Assembly (NCBI RefSeq): GCF_018350175.1
Contig: NC_058373.1
Coordinates: 102,798,001-102,862,000, forward strand
DNA length: 64,000 nucleotides
Reading direction: 5' to 3'
Origin: Felis catus
Taxonomy: Eukaryota
A program made the position numbers and the translations under genes. The notes beneath the pieces were generated by a model that made no database searches, had not been told where the DNA came from, and worked only from the letters and a program-made list of their open reading frames with translations. Positions 36,359-49,805 of this stretch are shown one piece after another. The number at the start of each line of letters is the position of its first letter. Positions within the stretch are counted from its first letter, which is position 1.

Positions 36359-38799
36359 AACCCAAACCAAACAGGAACAAACAAAATGACTGTTAAGACA
36401 GAGTGTTATGTGTATTCCTAAATAATTTTCCCTTTTGGGCACATATACCCTTTAAACCAAAGAAGAGTTGCAATTGTATATCAGAAAGAACTGTGCGTCA
36501 CAATAAAAACAGTCGGTATTCAGCACCTTCTATGTACCTGGCAACTGTGGTCGACATTGGTTTCCTGATTCATCAATCATTCCACACTATCCTCTCCTTG
36601 CTAGCAGAGCCTTGATATCCAGTTACCCCCAACCCTGGTGTGTTCCAGGAAGGCAACTGCCTCAGTCTCAGGATGTGCACGTTCCTTAGGTCTAAGCAGA
36701 TCATGCTACTTGGATTCTTGTTGCCAGGGATTCATTTAGACACGGGAACACAGCGCACACCTGGTCAATGAGACATAGCAGGCTTCTAGGAAAGGGTTTC
36801 TTCCTTGATATAAAGAGTTTTTTAGGGGGAGAATCTGCCTTCCCACTCTTCTGCTGGTTTTTGTTGCATGAGGTAGTGTTGCTTGGAGTTATCTTCCGCC
36901 ATGTTGCATTCATCAGGGAGACACATTGCAGATGGCACAGCAGAATGATGGAGAACATGAACCCTTGATGACATAAAAAACTGCTCAACCAGCTTTAGAA
37001 CAGCCCCATTTCTGAACTTACCATAATTCCTTATTGTTTTATTATGATACTTTTATTTTGGTCTTAGTTATTTAAAGCTGAAAGCATCCTAATGGATGCT
37101 GTGCTAACTGCTTTAGGCAGATCATCTCAATTGATTCTCACTTTATATTGATGAGAAAATTAGAGAACTTAGATAGCTTTCTCCAAATTGCCCAAGCATC
37201 AACTGGGACCTCAGATATAGATGCCTGCTTTCAAAGAGCCCGACTCTCACCCACTGTGGTCAAAAATCTTGTTTCTTGCTTCTACCTTCCTCTGGGACCT
37301 TAAGTAAGTACCTTAACCTTGCTGAGCTTCAGTTTTCTCATCTGTGAAGAAAGACAGTACTGAATGGCCTCAAATGCCCCCTCCCCCCAATTCTAAAATT
37401 CTAGGAATACAGTTCCAACTCTAAAATTCTTGCTCCCAGTCCAGGCACCACAGGGCAAGAATGGAGGCCTATATTTTGCTGGCTTCTTGAATGCAGACAG
37501 GAAAATACAGCTCTGGATAACATAAACAAAAATGAGGCTTGTTGTAACATATCAGGTGGATCACAGTCAAGTTAATGCCCTTGGAATACCCCGATGAGGA
37601 AGTCACTGCCACCCCCAAGGCTGCCCAGTGGTTCTGTAGCCAGCACCCGTGCTACGACCTTGTTGGACACAGGAGGTCCTTGCCTGTGGTCTCAGAATGA
37701 ATCCTAGACTGTTCTCAGTTCTTCACTTGCTCCAGGGTAAAATTGCAGATGGAAGCATTTAGGTCAGACAGACTTAAATTGTGTGTCCTGGTAGCCTGGG
37801 GCAAGGATCCAAGCCCAGGTGGGGTTCCCCCAGAAGCAACCCCCCAAAAAGGTTTTAAGTGCAAGTGGTTTGTTTGGGGGTGGTCCAAGGAAAGATTGGC
37901 AGGTGAGTGGGAAAGTCAGGCAGGGAAGAAAATGCATCAATAAAGGATGTGTTACCAAGAAACTTACCCCTGTGGGCAGCTTAGGCTAACTAACCCTGTT
38001 GGAGAGTTCTGGGAGACAGTGTAGACCATGCACCTCAAAATCATCCCACTGGTGGACAAAGGAGCCAGGGTATTTACCATCAGCTCTCAGCAGTCATTGG
38101 TTGAGGGCCGTGGCAAGGTGGGAGGTGCACTGGACATTCCCTGGCACTGCCTGCTTGTCCTGCATCCTGTGTGAGCAAAGTGGGAGTCAGGGAAAGCCCC
38201 CAGGCAATAAGCCTGAGGAGCTGGCAGTTGGAGTCCCATGATGCCCAAGCACCTGGCACTTGCTACCTCTCACCAGCATTTCCACAAACACAGGAAGAAA
38301 GTTCAGAAGGTAGGCAGCCAACACGACATCTGTCATGGGATCCTCGTGAAATCATGTCAGATAGGCAGCCACACTGTGCCCTGTGGGGGCCTACCTCCCG
38401 CACAGACCCACGTCCTCTGGGTGCCCCCAGCCCGCTTGTTAGAAACGTAGCCAGTGCAGGCTCTGGTGTCTCATGGCTTCCCACTTGTCATTCTGTCTCT
38501 TATGCAACCTTAAGCTTTTTGAGGGCAGATACCGTCTTTGATGTGTTTTTACTCCCTTTTCTCTTACCAGTTGCATTCTTTACAATGCCAGGTATTAGCA
38601 GCCACTAATATGTTTAAAAATTAAATTCAATGCTTTTACAAATACTATTAGTAGTCTGTATAGCTTGTTGGAAAACTAGAATCATAACTATGTGGCAGGA
38701 CCCTGTAAATTACATAGAACACACCTTTTCTACACCAGAACCCCTTCTATAGCATCCCACAGCTAGTAGGCACAGCTCTTATCCTGACTTTCTGGGGCC

Positions 38800-39125
38800 A
38801 GTTTGGTGGCATGGTGGAATGGGGTTCTACAGTCAGCCTGCCTGCTTTTGAATCCTGACTGGGCCTTTTTGCTCTATATGTGGCCTTGGCCAAGTTAGGT
38901 AATAGTCTGGAGCCTTAGTTTTCTTATCTACACAATGGGAATAATGATAATGTCTCCTTACATAGGGTTGTACAGATTAAATGGAAAAATGGATATAAAT
39001 ATAAGTACATACACACATAACATATATACATATATTATGTATCTATATCTGTACCTATATAAATAATGATATTTAGCACAGAGTCTGCAAATAGCAAACA
39101 CTGTATTGGGGTGTCTATTATTGTT
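38800..39125 (+). mobile_element. MIR
   Basis: gtggccttggccaagtta...gccttagttttcttatct...atgggaataatgata. Confidence 0.7.
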
Positions 39126-39808
39126 ATTCTAGAAACAGATGATTCAGTCTCCCTGAAGATGGACTTCTTCATTTGGGAGCAGCTGCTGTTGTCAGCAAGT
39201 ACTTCAATATGTCAAATCTGGATCTTTTGTCCTCTAACTTCCATGCAAAGGTGCAGTATTGAAACTATTTTATAAATTCCATTCTCCTAAAGAAGTGATT
39301 TTTAAACGTGCCTTGGTCTTGTTTTGCCTTCTCAAACTAGAGAGGATAATTCTTTTTCATTTTCATGATTTGCTGTCAAATAAGAGAGGCACATTGCCAC
39401 TCCTAGGTCAGTATTTCCTAACATGTCTTCTGAAAACTCAACTCTCCAGAGGAAAAAGCCTCTCCTTCAAGTCCCAATGCCCATTTGTACATTAAAGCCT
39501 CTGAGGAGTCCTGTAATAAATCGTTCCCCAAATTCAGTTGTCATGGAATCTTTTTGTCATGTGGTATTTATTAGTATCCCTGAAATTTCCTGGCACACAT
39601 TTTGATTTGTCTGACCTCTTTGCTACAAGGCTTTTGGTATTGGGCAACAATACTACAGATACTGAAAGTAAGTCCTTTATTTTCACAAAAAATAATTTAA
39701 TAAAATTTTGCAGTTAAAAACTTCTTTTCCTACCTCTTCCTTTTGCTCTTTTCAGAAGGACATCTTACATTGTCTGCAAAACTGGAAAGACATGGACGGG
39801 AAGGCAAA

Positions 39809-39895
39809 AGAGCCTCCTCTCTCTGAGCCTGCTCTTTCTGGACCTGCTCTCTCTGGACCTGTCTCTCTGAGCCTGTTCTTTCTGGACCTGCTCTG
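39809..39895. repeat. ~15-bp minisatellite (ctgRRcctgctctYt), ~6 units
   Basis: gagcctcctctctct gagcctgctctttct ggacctgctctctct ggacctgtctctct gagcctgttctttct ggacctgctctg. Confidence 0.85.
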
Positions 39896-41272
39896 CCCCT
39901 TCCTCTCACCTGCAAAGCTACTCCTCCTTCTTGAAGATCAGTTGCTCCTACCACAGCAGCAGATCAAGAAAGAGTTCTACAGGGAGAAAAACTTGTTGCC
40001 CCCCACCCTTTTTTTGCACTGTCCTGGGAGGCAGGTTTCCCACCAGTGAGCATGAAAAATTAAACCTGAAAAGGAGGACATATTTTCACCAGCACCTTTT
40101 CTTCAAACTCTTCCTAATGCTTCTAAAAACTGACTCTGAAGAAGAATGCTGCTCCACTCAGGAAATGAGTAACTGGGCTCCTCACCCGAGGCTGAAGTTG
40201 AGGAAAAGGTCATTCCATGATTTGAATGACAATGGCTCTTTCTTATTGTTCGTTCCCTCATAGGGGCAGGCCACACTCCTTTTGCAGGCAAGCTGGGTAA
40301 TTAGGTTTGAGGGACAGTGCCTGAGAGAAGCACTGAGCCATAGGACCTCAGCACTGGATCAGCATCAAGCCCAGATTTTCCATCTTACAAATGAAGGAGT
40401 TATGGTCCAGAGAGGTTAAGTGTTTTGACCCAAGTCACACAGCAGAGATAGCTTCTTCCTCCTGCTTTAATGATACCTTTTTTTTGCTTTCCTTCCTGCT
40501 CTTTTGTGTGTGTGGATTGTGGGGAGGAGAGAGGGCATATGGCTTCACAAATCTGATTTTTACCTTTCCCATTTGCAGCCAAGAAAGATATTGCTGGGCT
40601 TAAGGTCTTTCTCATTCATTCAATAAATATTTATTTAAGTGCTTACTGGGTGTTAGGCATTGTGCCAGGACATTCTTCCACTGTGTCTGTTAAACAAACA
40701 TGATTTATTTCCCTCTGAAGCTGGTAGAATGAGGCCCTAGGCCAGTTGTTGTATGCACACAAAAAATTTTGTAATTTCTGGTTCCTCGCACCAGATACTT
40801 TGGCCCCCATCATTGAAGAACCCCACTGTTGTTTCTAGCCCCTTGGTGTCTCTTGAATGAAGTTGGTTCATGTCTGAGCTCCTCAGGCATGGAGCTTTAC
40901 AGGCCTGCAGAGTCTTTCCTTGCAGGGGACAAGGGGTGGTCCTCTTCCTTAAAGATTGGGGGAGTATGGGCTGGTCTGAGGGTGGTGCTCTTGTGCCAGC
41001 CCCCCCATCGCCACAGTGTGAAGGACCTGGCTAAGTTGAATTGGGGTGTCCCCCAAATCTTTCCAGACTCCCAGAGGTGAGCAGAATGATGCCAGGAGGG
41101 GGGCAAGGGGAGGAAGGTGCATACTCTGGCTTGTGGGTGGGCTCAGGTCCTGCCCGGGGGTGTTAAGACTTAAATTCAACAGTTATTTCCTGAGTGCCTT
41201 TTCTTTGCCTGTCACAAGTCTAGGTGCTTGCACAAAGCCATGCATAAAATAGGCCTGCCCTTGTGGAATTCT

Positions 41273-41390
41273 CATATGAACATGGAATGTACATATGAGT
41301 GCGGAATGTTCACATGAGTGTGGAATGTATATGAACATGTATGTACATACGTACGTGGAGTGTTCATACAAGTGTGGAATGTACATATGG
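41273..41390. repeat. Degenerate ~19-bp tandem repeat (catatgagtgtggaatgta)
   Basis: Seen directly; about 5-6 diverged units. Confidence 0.8.
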
Positions 41391-41859
41391 CAGCTTGCTT
41401 TGGCTTTAACTAATAACTCAGTCCAGAGGAAAAATGAGGCACAGGACAGGCCCTGGAGCCTGCTTACCAGGGTGGAGTAAGGGAGAGCCAATGAGGGTTT
41501 CCAAGGAATACTGTATTCACCTCCCCACTGACTTTTGCTATGTTCTCAACATAAGCATGACTTGCCAGCATCTTGCCTTTTAATTGAGAACTCTTGTCTC
41601 CTGATAGCAGCAGGAGGGAGGGCCAGCCCACTCACAGCACCTTACCTTCATCATCCCACCTATAGATGGGGCTCTTTGGTGATTGCGATCAATGTGTCAA
41701 ATTTGTTTGTGCCATCAATATGATGAAAAGAGTTTAGAAGGATGTTCCTATAACATTCTAGAACTCAGAAGTATTAAAGACCAACATTTCTCTGCCTGAT
41801 CAAGTCAGAAGACAGAAGAAGAAGCTTTCCATTAGAAGGGAAGCTTGGTTCCATTAGAG

Positions 41860-42760
41860 CCAAGATTTTTAAAGTATGGTCTTTGGACCAGAAGCCTCAG
41901 CATCAACTAGTGTATTAGCTGTATATTGTTGCTTAACAAATTACCCCCAAACTTAGTGGCTTAAAACAGCAAGCATGTATTATCCTAGTTTCTGTGGGTC
42001 TGGCATCTGGATGTGGCTCAGCTGGGAGCCCCAAGCTCAGGATCTCTGATGAGGTTGCAGCAAAGCTGTCAGCACAGGCTGTGGTCTCATCTGAAGGCTT
42101 GACTCAGTTTGGGGGCAAATCCACTTTCACAGCTCACTCATGTGGTTGTTGTTGGGCCTCAGTCTTTCTCCACATGAGCCTCCTCATAGGCATTTTCATA
42201 ACATGTCAGCTGGCTTCTCCCAGGGTAAGCAGTCCAACAGAGAGAGATCACCCAAGATGGACATCTTTATATAATCTGAACTTGGAATTGGCATCCCATC
42301 ACTGTTGCCATATTCTGTGCTTTAGAAGTGGATAAGTTCAGCTTACACTCAGTGGAGATGGATTGCATGTCATCTGAGAGGCTGTCTGCCACCCCTGGGA
42401 ACTTGTAGAAAAACAAATTGTCAGACTCCATTCCAGACCTACTGAATCAGAAACTCTGTAGGTCCCAAGAGTATGTGTTTCTTTTAAAAGGTTATTTATT
42501 TATTTTGAGAGAGAGAGAGAGAGACAGAGCGAGCAAACATGAGTGAGTGGGGGAGGGGCAGAGAGGGAGAGAGAATCCCAAGCAGGCTGCACACTGTCAA
42601 CACAGAGCCTGATGCAGGGCTCAAACCCATAAGCTGCAAGATCATGACTTGAGTCAGACGCTTGACTAACTGAGCTACCCAGGCTCCCTAAGAGTATGTG
42701 TTTTAATGAGACTTCCAGGTGATTCTGATACATGCTAAGGTGGTAACCATTGTCTTAGAG
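41860..42760. mobile_element. MER5A-like element interrupted by an MLT1 LTR (~41910-42393) and a Can-SINE (42481-42688)
   Basis: aaagtatggtctttggaccag...cagcatca [tgtattagctg...aaattacccccaaacttagtggc...] tccagacctactgaatcagaaactctg...ccaggtgattctgatacatgctaag. Confidence 0.75.
42481..42688 (-). mobile_element. Can-SINE
   Basis: TSD aagagtatgtgttt. Confidence 0.93.
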
Positions 42761-42761
42761 T

Positions 42762-43295
42762 AGAGGTTGGCAAACTTCATTATATATAGGCTTTGTGGTT
42801 GCTACTGTCTCTGTCCCAATGACTCAGATTGGCCACATAGTGGGAAGGTAGTCATAGGAAATATGTAAATAAATGGATGTGGTTGTGTCCCAGTAAAACT
42901 TTTTTACAAAAACAAACTGCCTTTGTTCAGGCTGCTATAACAAAATACCATAGACTAGGTGACTTAAACAAAAGTTTATTTCTCACAGTTCTGCAGTCTG
43001 AGAAGTCCAATATCAAGGTATTGGTTGATTCAGGTTCTGGTGAGGGTCCTCTTCCTGACTGCAGACACCCACCCTCTCATGTTCTCAGTGGTGAAGGGAG
43101 AGAGATCTGGTGTCTTCCCTTTTATATAAGATTCCCATCATTGTGACCTAATTTAACCCTAGTTACCTCCCAAAGGCCCATCACATTGGGGATTAGGGTT
43201 TCAGCATATGAATTTGGGGAGGGCACAAACATTTAGTCCACAGCACAGGCAGCGGGTGGGATTTGGCTTCCCAGGCTGTAATTTGTCCACCCATG
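42762..43295. mobile_element. MER58A interrupted by an MLT1A-like LTR (~42920-43244)
   Basis: agaggttggcaaact...taaaacttttttacaaaaca [tgttcaggctgctataacaaaatacc...aaacatttagtccacagca] gcgggtgggatttggc. Confidence 0.75.
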
Positions 43296-43529
43296 CCTGA
43301 GAGTAGCAGAGACATTTTGTGTGATCAGAATCGGAGGGACTTATTTTCATGTTTCTGTTTTTATCAGGCAAAACTGTTTCCTCTCCTTTCCAGGCTAGTC
43401 TGAAATAATACTGACTCTCCAGTTCCTGAGTTATTACCAAGACTCACAATAAACCATGTGCATATATGCTTGAGTCTTCTGATCCTATTTTTTTATGGCT
43501 CCTCAGTGAGTCACAAGCTCTTTGAGATA

Positions 43530-44200
43530 ATATAAGATAGAGGTTAGGAGGTTAGGAACATGGGCTTTGGACAGACAGATGTGCATTTAAAATCTGATTC
43601 TACTTGCCCTATGAATATGGTAAGTTACTTTGCCTCTCTGTGCCTCGGTTTTCCCATCTGTAAAATAGGACAGTAATAGCACACACCCCATACTATTTTT
43701 GAAAGGAGTTGCTTGGATTACCTACCATAAACTCCCCCCAAATTTAGTAGCTTAAAACAACAGCTAGGCAGGTCTTTTGCTTCATTGGTGTCATTTGGGG
43801 CTGCAGTCATCTGTATGCTGGACTGGGTTACATCCAAGACAGTTTCCTCTGTCACTCACATGGCTGCCAGTTGGTGCTGGCTGTTGGATGGAAGCTCCTC
43901 TGGGGCTGTCACTGAAGTACCTTGGTTGTCTTCCATATTGCCTCTTGGTGTGGTTTGGTGTTCTCGCAGCATAGCATGGTGGCTGGGTTCCAAAGGAGAA
44001 CATTCCAAGTGCACACAGATCCCAGAAGCTACACAGCATCACTTCTGAAACAAATCATAAGACTGTCTCTGTTTCAAGAGTAAGAGGGCAAAAAATTTGC
44101 AGCCATTTTTAAGCCACTGTAGGAGTAAATGAAATTAATCACAAGAAGTGCTTGTCATGGAGTCTGGGCTACAGCAGACAGTAAATATTGAGTACTTATA
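43530..44200. mobile_element. MIR interrupted by an MLT1 LTR (~43705-44118)
   Basis: ctctctgtgcctcggttttcccatctgtaaaata [ccccaaatttagtagcttaaaacaac...tttgcagccatttttaa] aaatgaaattaat. Confidence 0.65.
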
Positions 44201-44619
44201 TTAGAAAGCAGAAACTCTTCTTGCCTGGCTCTTTGTGTCCTGTCTGTGATGGCTTACTGCTTGTCACGTACCTTTAATTGCTTAACCAGTGGTTTTTGAG
44301 GGCTTGCTGGTTGTTTCTGGGAGGTCACAAGTAGGATTCCTCTCCTCTGTATGCTCTTAAATGATTTGGTTTGTTTTCTACTCAGTTCTCACAACTCTTT
44401 AGTTTCCAGAAGTCTGTAGGCCTAGAACTCTCCGGTCATGAGCCATGTGACCTTCAACCAGCTAGGAAGAAGAGAGGTGGGAAGGTCTAGGAGGATGCTC
44501 TCAGGTGATTTGATTGGTTCAAGGGTCTTGTCCCTTCTTAGCTGCTGAGATAGAGATTCTTAGCCACAGAAAAGGATGTAGCCTGTGGGTTGACAGAGGG
44601 TTAAAGAGAACTTCAGAGA

Positions 44620-44833
44620 GGGGCACCTGGTGGCTCAGTCGGTTAAGCATTTGGCTGAGGTCACAATTTCAGGGTCATGAGATCAAGCCCCATGTCAGGC
44701 TTTGCACTGACAGCCCAGGGCCTGCTTGGGATTCTCTCTCTCTCTCTCTCTCTCTGCCCCTCCCCTATTGGCACATTCTCGCTCTCTCTCTCTCTCAAAA
44801 TAAATAAATAAATTTAAAAAAATTAAAAAAAAA
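44620..44833 (+). mobile_element. Can-SINE
   Basis: TSD agaacttcagaga / agaactttagaga. Confidence 0.93.
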
Positions 44834-47800
44834 GAACTTTAGAGAGAAGTGTGGAATCTGTCCCTTTGTTAGGAGCCAGTGAGGAGGGGGCACAGGGCAA
44901 TGCTGATTATTCAGTTCACACTAGGGCGTGTCCTTTGGAGAATGAGCAGCCCCCAAATTTCACAACCAAAGAAAAAGAGGGTTGTATTTGGAAAGTAATA
45001 GCTGTAAAAAAGGGTCTGGGCAAAGTAACATGAGTTAAGGGGCAGGATGAACATAGTAGGGACTGGTGAGGACTAGGGCAAAATGGAAAGTGAAGGCTCC
45101 ATTACAGGGGGTAGCCACTCTGCGTCCTCAGTTGTGGTCAAATTGGTAATTGTTGCTACATCTTCACAGTTTTGAAGAAGATACTGAAATCTAGACTTCT
45201 AATTGAAATTTCCCATTTATAAAATGTTGGCAACTAATTTAAAAATTTTAAAGGCACTTTGATGGCCCATTGAAACACACACACAAACAGACACACTCGT
45301 GGGCAAAGTGCCTCTGGCAGAGGATCTGTAGGAGATACACTGAGCGACATTTCTCCTTATTGGTTTAGCTTGAGGGCCATATCACAGAAGAATTAGAAGG
45401 GCAAGGAGACATTGACATGGGGCAAAATAGTTCTGAAAAAAATACTACACACTTTTATCCTTACTTATTTAGTCACAAGTATTAGTAATGTCACCTTGTG
45501 TGAGAACTGACCTCTCAGGAAATGATGATACTAAGTTTCGATGAGCTTTATATAGAAGAGCAAAGAAATGGCCATGTCTTTTCAACTGGCTGTTCTAGGG
45601 TAAAGGTGTTATTCCTGTTTTAAAGAGGAGGAAATAATCATTCACTGAGGTTCCTTTGCAAACCGAAATCCCAAAGAAATACAGTTCTTGAACTGAGACA
45701 GTACTAAAAATATCTGTGCTCGCATCCAGGTTAATCTACATGAGTAAAAGAGAAATAATTATCTTAACTGGTAAACATGGGAAAGCAAGGTATTTAGGTT
45801 AGACACAAGGAAGTACTTAAAGAGTAAGAAGACTTAAAGGCACTGGAACAACAGAGAGAAGCTCAAAGTTTGTTTGTTTGCTAATCTAGAGTTCCTAAAA
45901 GGAGGAGTTAATCTCTTTCTGCCTGATATGCTCCGGCAATCAATCCTGCTCAGAAAGGGGCTGGGTGAAAGAGGCACCCTTTGAATCCTTTTTTATCCTG
46001 TGATTTCTTTTTGGACCCAGCAAACAAAAGACCCCCAATTTACTAACTCACCCAAATGATTTACCAGCTGTGTCTTCCCCTAGGAGGTAAACAGGCAATA
46101 AAATAAATGAAATTCCTATTCTTTATTACTTGACCCCCATAAATCATCATCCACTCTGGGTGAGCGCTTATCTCTAAGGCATCGCACAGTATTTAAAATG
46201 CTATCTCCTTTATTATGAATGAAATAGAAGGAATGAGCAAAAATCCCAGTGATGATATATCTTCATGCAAGGACAATTCTGCAAGCAATAACTGTTAAAT
46301 TTCAGAAAATTGGGAGATCTTCTGTGTGTGTGCTTGTGTGTGTATTGTGTGTGTGTCTGTGTAGTGGGGATTCTTAGGGGCTTCTCAGTTTCCTCCATTC
46401 TGTTCCAAACCCCAAACCTTTCCTAGGATGAGATTCACTTTTGGAACTTTGGGTCCTCACAGAGCAATGCATAGATAAAATCATACGGGATATTACTTTC
46501 CATATTTGGTTACTTATGAAGTCTATCTTGAACTAAAAGCTTATCATGCCAAAATAGGGGGCTTTTGTGTGGTGCTGGTGAGCAGGCGGGTGCTATCCTG
46601 TCACCATGACAACAAGCATTTGCATTACAGCAGGCTCCTCAGACCACATTACAGTCACGTGTCCCGGAGGGACCCCTTTGAAGCCCTTGTAATCTTTTCC
46701 CTAAGCGTGATTGTTAACATCTTCTGAACATAATCATTAACCATGTTCCGTAACAGATAATTACCTACTGTAGTTAGCATTTTCCATCCCTGAGTGCTCT
46801 GTGGGATTCACAGAATGCAAGACCCACTGTACTGTTATTTTACCTAGCCAAGTAAAATAGAGCCATTTGGCTTCTTGAAATCTGGGAAAGTTTGCATTTC
46901 ACACAAAAATATTGTGCTGACCTGGACATTGTGTGTATCTGTCACATGCCCCAGGGTGTTCTTCATCCTTGTCTTTGAATCCCCCTTGCAGGCAGCTTTC
47001 AAAATGCCACAGGCCCCCTTCTGTCTGTGTCTGCTCTTTTCCCCTTAATGTCTGTTCACTTACGGAACTTCTAGTGCCAGTTTGTTTTTATTTCAGATTT
47101 ATTGCACTCACTTGCCAGGATATATGGGGATTTTTTCCTGTTTATAGAAGTTTTCCCTATAGATTTCTCTTTATACCCAACATTATTCCTTAAGACTCCC
47201 AAGGCTTGTGTCATGACCCCAGGGAGTCCTATTTCTGTCCTGGCTCTCATTTGCCCAGGAAAGTCTCTCTTGCACAGGAGAAAGCCTCCTCTTCCAGGTT
47301 TCCTAACCCTGTTTTATCTTTGGGGGAACACTGAAAATTTCAGGGGAGCTAGATGAAATGGATGTTAGAAAGAGAGCATGTGAGAGAAAAAGAAAAGAAG
47401 AAAAGAAAATTCCAACCCCAAGCCATGAGAATGATCTTTACTAACGTGTTTTCAAGACTTTGATGAAAGCATTGCACAGTTTTACTCTATTGCTGTACAA
47501 CTAGGATGCAGAATCATGATGATGATAAAGAATGCTCAGGTGTTTTAAATGGTACCTTGCTGACCACCTGGATTCTAAAGGTGAAACATTAACCTTTAAT
47601 AACCTGGGCCATCTCTTGTGGTGTAGGTTGGGACATGAAGAAGAATGTGAATCATACATGTTTACTTCCTGCTGATGATCTGTCTTTGCTGATAAAATGG
47701 ACTAAAATGAGCCTTTAGAGTTACGTAGGTGTCGTATCTTCTGAACTCCAAATCAGGACCCATGGCAAAGGCATCATACTGTGTGGGTGGTGGAATCAAT

Positions 47801-47975
47801 ATCACCAAAGTCATGTGACTGAAGGGGGTAGTCAAAATTTTACTCTGAAAGGCAAAAAGACCCAGAAGAGGCTGCAAAAGGTCATTCTGCTGGATGAGGA
47901 GATGTGGGGTGTCCTGGGGAAGGGCCTTCTCATGCTGAATACATATATGTATTGTGTATCCATATGCATAATGTA

Positions 47976-47977
<2 letters not shown>

Positions 47978-48010
<33 letters not shown>
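47978..48010. repeat. (TG)n microsatellite
   Basis: Seen directly. Confidence 0.95.
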
Positions 48011-48400
48011 ATGTGTTTATACTACGTATATAAAGGATTTTTTTTAATGAGCCACTCAGGTCTTTAAAACAGCAGCTGGCTAGGCCACCTCTGTCTCTTC
48101 CATTTGCTTTTGACTCCAGGTGCCTTGATTCCTACAGCATTACAGCTCCCCTTTCTCTACCCTTCTCAAAAACCTAGAAAATGGGGCCAATCCCCTATTT
48201 GTAATGCACTCCAGGCGAAGCTTCTATCATAATGAGCTCCCTTGTGATGCAGAAACCAATAAACCTCTGCCATGAATGCCCAATAGTGAACCAAATTACG
48301 TATTTCTCTCAGTTGAGTATTGTTTTATTTAATATGCTCATACCTTTCTAATGGTAGGCATAAAATTATCATGTATGTGTGAAAAACATATTTGGCTCTG

Positions 48401-48404
<4 letters not shown>

Positions 48405-48443
<39 letters not shown>
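48405..48443. repeat. (TG)n microsatellite
   Basis: Seen directly. Confidence 0.95.
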
Positions 48444-48445
<2 letters not shown>

Positions 48446-48659
48446 GCTTCTCGAACACGACCACAAGTAAAGGTCCTTCTGGGATGAGGCAATGAGATTG
48501 GGGGCACTGAGACCCCATCCAGTCATGTTTCTGAAGGTCTAAGGTAGAGGAAATTCTTAATATACAGAATATAATTAGCCAAAATGGAAGGTGGCCAAGG
48601 TGCTGGAGTTAAGATTTCTTGTTCCTACACACAGTGGGATATTTCAGGAACCTTCTTGT

Positions 48660-49320
48660 CATAACCAATTGGACACAATTTCCAGAGATGAATGTGCTAG
48701 GGCAGGAAGATGGCAGCTGGTTGTTTGGCCAATTCATTGTTTTGCATTAATTTTATTTTTTTTTTTTTTTGTCAGAACCCAGGTGGTGATGAACTCATTT
48801 AGATTCTCTCTGCCTGCCACATGTCAGTTCAGAAATATCCCAATGCAATGTGGCATTAGTTATGTGCTGTGGGATCCGGGCCAACCAATTGGACCCAATG
48901 AGTGTGGATAAGCTTTATTCATTGGCAAAATTAATAAACAGTCACTGTGACTTGAGCCAGTCAGAAGGCAGGTTATTCACAACAGTTCAGTGCCTCTGGG
49001 ATGAACTGGTCCAGTCGTTGATTGGTTTCAGCCACACAATAGCTCCGTTATGTGTACCAATCAGTGTGTTGGGGTCCACAGGGGCACTGTCACAGCTCTG
49101 CACTGATATCCATCAGATAAACCGATTAAATCTGCACTAATCACAGGGCCCAGTGCAAGTGCAGTCAGTGCCCTTGAATATTGCCAGGAGGATCAAGTGC
49201 TTTGGTTTGGAAAAATAAATGCATTTCTATTGTTGCTGAAAGTGATTACTTGGTGACAGTGTTCTAGTACATTGCTATTATCTTTTAATTAATGAGCACT
49301 GAGGGATAAATTCTGACCAT
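48660..49320. promoter_or_regulatory. Candidate conserved non-coding enhancer-like element
   Basis: No recognisable repeat; dense in SOX (CATTGTT, ACAAT), NFI half-site/CCAAT and TAAT motifs. Inference only. Confidence 0.35.
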
Positions 49321-49379
49321 AAGCTCATGTACATGCTTTTCAGATATGGGAGCAAGTAGAAGGAAGAACAGAGTAATAC

Positions 49380-49805
49380 ACAAAGGTTTTTCAGTGGCCT
49401 GTAAGACTTGACATTATTGACATCTGTCTGTCTGATAATTCGTTAACCGTCCCTTTATGTGCTACACTCCCCTGATGCACATTGCTTCCGGCCTGAGGAT
49501 TTTGCACTTTCTATCCTCTGCCTGGAATGCTTTGCCCCCCAGATACCTGCATGTCTGGTTCTGTTGTCATTCACGTGTCTTCTCCACAGGGAGATCTCTG
49601 ATCACCACACAGTGAGGCCCCACTCCTTCACTCCATATTACACACTCCTGTTTTATTTCCTTCATAGCACTTATTGCCATCTGAAATGCTTATTAAATAG
49701 GTTGTTTTGGAAGGTGACTCTGCTGAGTTCACTACTACATCCCAAGGTGCTAGCACTGAGTCTGGCATATATTAGGCACTTAAACGTTGTTAAGTGAATG
49801 AATTT
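49380..49805 (+). mobile_element. L2 3' end
   Basis: tgcctggaatgctt...catagcacttatt...tggcatatattaggcacttaaacgttgttaagtgaatgaat. Confidence 0.75.

Noticed and set aside
39809..41390. Short tandem arrays as CRISPR-like repeats
   Set aside because: Mammalian DNA; the units abut without unique spacers.
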